NCBI GenBank assembly: GCA_002269645.1
Contig: NIVC01000073.1
Span: 496,001-560,000, forward strand
Origin: Macrostomum lignano
Taxonomy: Eukaryota
Direction of reading: 5' to 3'
Length of the DNA: 64,000 bases
This document shows positions 60,767 through 64,000 of this stretch, piece by piece. A program made the translations under genes and the position numbers. How positions within the stretch are numbered: the first letter of the stretch is position 1; each line of letters starts with the position of its first letter. The notes under the pieces are model-generated. The model did not search any database, was not told the origin of the DNA, and saw only the letters and a list, made by a program, of their open reading frames with translations.

Positions 60767-62668
60767 GTAAGTTTTCATTTTTATTTGATTTTATTTAACC
60801 AACCTAAACTTTTACTTAGGCCTTATTGATTCAAATTATTTATTAGATTGCCCTATCTTGATTCGATTTATATATAAATAGGGCCTATACTATTTTCAAG
60901 TTCTTTTTATGATTTAAATCAAGTTATTTTTATAGCTCTTACAATAATAATTGAAGCTTATAAAATAAAAAGTAGGGCCAAGGCCTAATATAATGTTTAA
61001 ATAAAAATATGTTTTAAAGATAGGCCTTTAATAATTATTAGCAAATAGCAACGTATAGTAGTATAAAACATCTGATCTGCAACAAATAATATATATTTTA
61101 TTATATTTCTTAATTTTGTTTAAATTTAAAAGATTAATTAGCATGTTCCCATAGTCTGGATCATGGCAGGTATATGCCAGAATGAAAATTGTGAAAAAAA
61201 TTTTTATGCCCGGACTAAAATTGTTTATACGCCATTTTTTCAAAGCATATATATTTTTAGAAATTCAAAACTTTTACTTAACTTTAAAATGGCTGTTTTT
61301 TGCTAAAAACTGATATTCTTTGTTTAAATTTAGACTTTTTTGTAATTTTGCATTATTATTTTCTATTTTAGTTTCCAATTATTTTTAAAGAGCTTTCGAC
61401 GTTGGTTGATATTCAACTACACGATTAAATTAGCCTTAAACTTGGCTATATGTTGTATGCCAACTATATTATACACTTCATATTGAACCTGAAAATTCTA
61501 TATGCCAAGTATACACGAAGATTGTCAGTGAGACCAAAAATACACTAGAAAATTCCAGCATAAAGGCCACTTTCCGGACCATAGGCATGTTCTAATAGAC
61601 TCTAAAGCAATAAAAACTACAGATGTCTAATTTGAAGCTTTATATAAGACTAATTTGTTTTTTTTTAAACTGTTAAGTATAAAATTGAATTTTATCTCTA
61701 TAGCATAATGTAGAAAATAATATATACCCAATGTGATAAATTGAAGCATAGTCCTAGTCCATAGAATAACTGAAATATTGTGTAGGAATATCATAATCCA
61801 GTGATAATGCAATGTATTATATTGGCATCAAAAAATAAATGTATAGATAATGGCAATATAACATAATGTGCCTCAAATTTAAGATAATATTTGTTGCATA
61901 TCTATAAAAGGTTTCTGAAAAATATTCTATTAGAGATTTGAAATAATATTAACTTATTATCTTAAAGATAATAGCTATTATAATATACTTAGATATATGT
62001 GATATTGTTTGAATTATAGAGTTAGGCATATAGATATAAGACTAGCAGTGTAGAGCCCCCTTTAGGGCACCAAATAAGCAAAGAGCAAAAATTATTCATG
62101 CATATCCATTAAATTAAAAAAAGCACATTTTCTTAAAAACCAACTCTTTTTTCAGTTTTATAAATCACCTTATTCAAGTGAAATTGTCATTGACAAAGAT
62201 GCTTGCTATGAATCTCTTTTCTAAAAGTAACAAAAGTATACAAGAAATAAAAGCCTTCACAAAAATAACAAGCATTCCCATAAGTCAAATGCATTCTCTA
62301 GATAGCAAGCTTCTCCTAATAGGAAGCATCCCCCAGATCTTGAATATAAATGTTTGATCAGATCAAGTTTTATGGTTGAGCAAGATTGGGATCCTTTTTT
62401 TGCTAGGATTTTTGGATTGTTGGGGATTAGGATGCCTAAGTAATATATCAGCACATTGAGATATCATATTTGATCATTAGCAGGATTCCATCCTACCTAT
62501 ACTTGGGTAGCATATCATACTCCATTTTGTAAAGTATAAAGAAGTTAAAATTAACCATAATCTTTGCTCTAATGCATTGCTCAGTGTTCATCTTGACTTG
62601 ATGATGTGTGCAATATTTCTAAATCTAACTTATCTAACAAATCTAAACACTTTCCCACCCAATTGCAG

Positions 62669-62734
62669 TACCATTAGCCAGAATGTTGACCTGTCCTCAA
62701 GAAATCTACATGTGCTGGAACGTTTAAGCGAACT
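62669..62734 (+). CDS. LRR protein, 66-nt symmetric exon
   Basis: (L)TISQNVDLSSRNLHVLERLSEL. CAG acceptor, GTAAGT donor, phase 2-2. Confidence 0.65.
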
Positions 62735-62980
62735 GTAAGTTAAGCTTCTTCTGTTTGTTTCTTTAAACATATTTTTTGGTTAAAAAAGAGCCAGGATTAG
62801 CAGTTTTTGCTGGAACATTTAGCCAGGAAGTGTTGCGCCTTAACTTCCTGCAAGCCGAGTTAAAATTCACCCTGCTATTCCCAACAGTTTGCACAGGAAA
62901 AAAGCAATGACAAACTTTTTTCCTTTCAGTCTCTCTGTAAAAACCTAAAACTCATTCCTTCCTTTATTTCCTCGTTGCAG

Positions 62981-63058
62981 CAACATCAGCAACAATGCGG
63001 TGGCCGCGCACACGTTGGATGAAAACTTTCTGGCCCATTTTCCCCGGCTAACTACTCT
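62981..63058 (+). CDS. LRR protein, 78-nt symmetric exon
   Basis: (L)NISNNAVAAHTLDENFLAHFPRLTTL fits the LxIxxN...FxxLxxLxxL repeat, phase 2-2. Confidence 0.75.
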
Positions 63059-63583
63059 GTAAGTGTCCAGTTGGGTCGACTCTAACTACTTAGCTTGTAT
63101 TTAGTTGCTATAGGCCCTTATAAAGCGGTGTCAAGGGAAAGTGAGAAATTTGCTTCAATTTTTTGCTATGTTTAATAAAGCTAGATGAAGAAGGGAAGTC
63201 TTGACTGCTTGGTACTAACCCTGCTTAACCTATAAGCTCAACCGCTCCCGTCCTTAGTGGTAGAGCAGTGCAGCGCTGCGGTATAGCGAGTGACTCATTT
63301 TCTTTTTTGATTCTCCCCTTCCCTCCTCTCCGACCTACCTTGCCCTTCACACAATAGCGGCCATAGTGGCTCCCCGACCTTCCCCTCCTTCAACTCACTA
63401 AAACGTTGACTGCATTTACCTGAACCATATGAAGTTATAATCGATAATTTAACAAAAATTACATCGCGGGTAAGCGGCTGGAGTAACTATGACTGTATTT
63501 TTACTAATGAAAAGCGTCGGCACATAATTAGTCTAGGGTTGAAGCATAATTTCAAAGTCAAATAATATAAAAATCTTCCGCAG

Positions 63584-63658
63584 AAAAATTGTCAGATCCG
63601 GTTTGACAACTCTGCCAGTGTTTCGCGATCGGCATCAGTCGCTAATTAAACTTGTGCT
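63584..63658 (+). CDS. LRR protein, 75-nt symmetric exon (gene continues beyond window)
   Basis: (L)KIVRSGLTTLPVFRDRHQSLIKLVL. TTCCGCAG acceptor, GTAAGT donor, phase 2-2. Confidence 0.7.
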
Positions 63659-64000
63659 GTAAGTGATCCAGTATCTTTTATATATATATTTTTGACACTC
63701 CAACTGCATTTATTAAATATTTACGTCGCACCAGCGTCATAGTCTCGCGTCCATCTCTGCCTGGCATTGTCTCTTAGTATCCCCGTCACCGACTTGTGCG
63801 GATTTATTTTATCCCTATTTTATTCCTTACCAATCTGCAGAGAGTTTCATTCTATAGAATAATTTTAGAGCTGCTAAGTAGCTTTTGATCGTTATCTAAC
63901 GTGTTTTAGATAAGAATCAGAAATATAGTTTTCTTCAGTCTGGGGCTGTCTTCTTTAATGCTAATTCTCTCTTTCTCTCTCTCGCTGCCATCTCTGATGA

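Overview
Eukaryotic, AT-rich, repeat-rich invertebrate DNA. GC-rich poly-Q exons and minisatellite-filled introns suggest a flatworm such as Macrostomum, but that is inference only. All recognisable host genes are on the + strand: SMIM14, TMEM170 (3' exon), a VAMP/synaptobrevin, a candidate Mastermind-like coactivator (2 exons), a 9-exon thyroid hormone receptor (NR1A; about 810 aa, all splice phases consistent), an unknown 2-exon 144-aa gene, a RING/coiled-coil gene and the 5' part of a leucine-rich-repeat gene. Mobile DNA includes a young non-autonomous LTR element with tandemly duplicated PBS units, an internally deleted Merlin transposon, MITEs, two tRNA-derived SINEs and a decayed Gypsy/Copia/LINE nest (45.7-52 kb). 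Most long ORFs in the supplied track are minisatellite artefacts. Top leads: (1) the TR ligand-binding domain appears to have a reciprocally swapped coactivator charge clamp (helix 3 K to E, helix 12 E to K); (2) a symmetric 1.06-kb array of twelve 19-bp motifs at 3.2-4.3 kb; (3) PBS units embedded in both LTRs of the first element; (4) a divergent Mastermind. All alignments were done by eye against remembered reference sequences, with no database searches.
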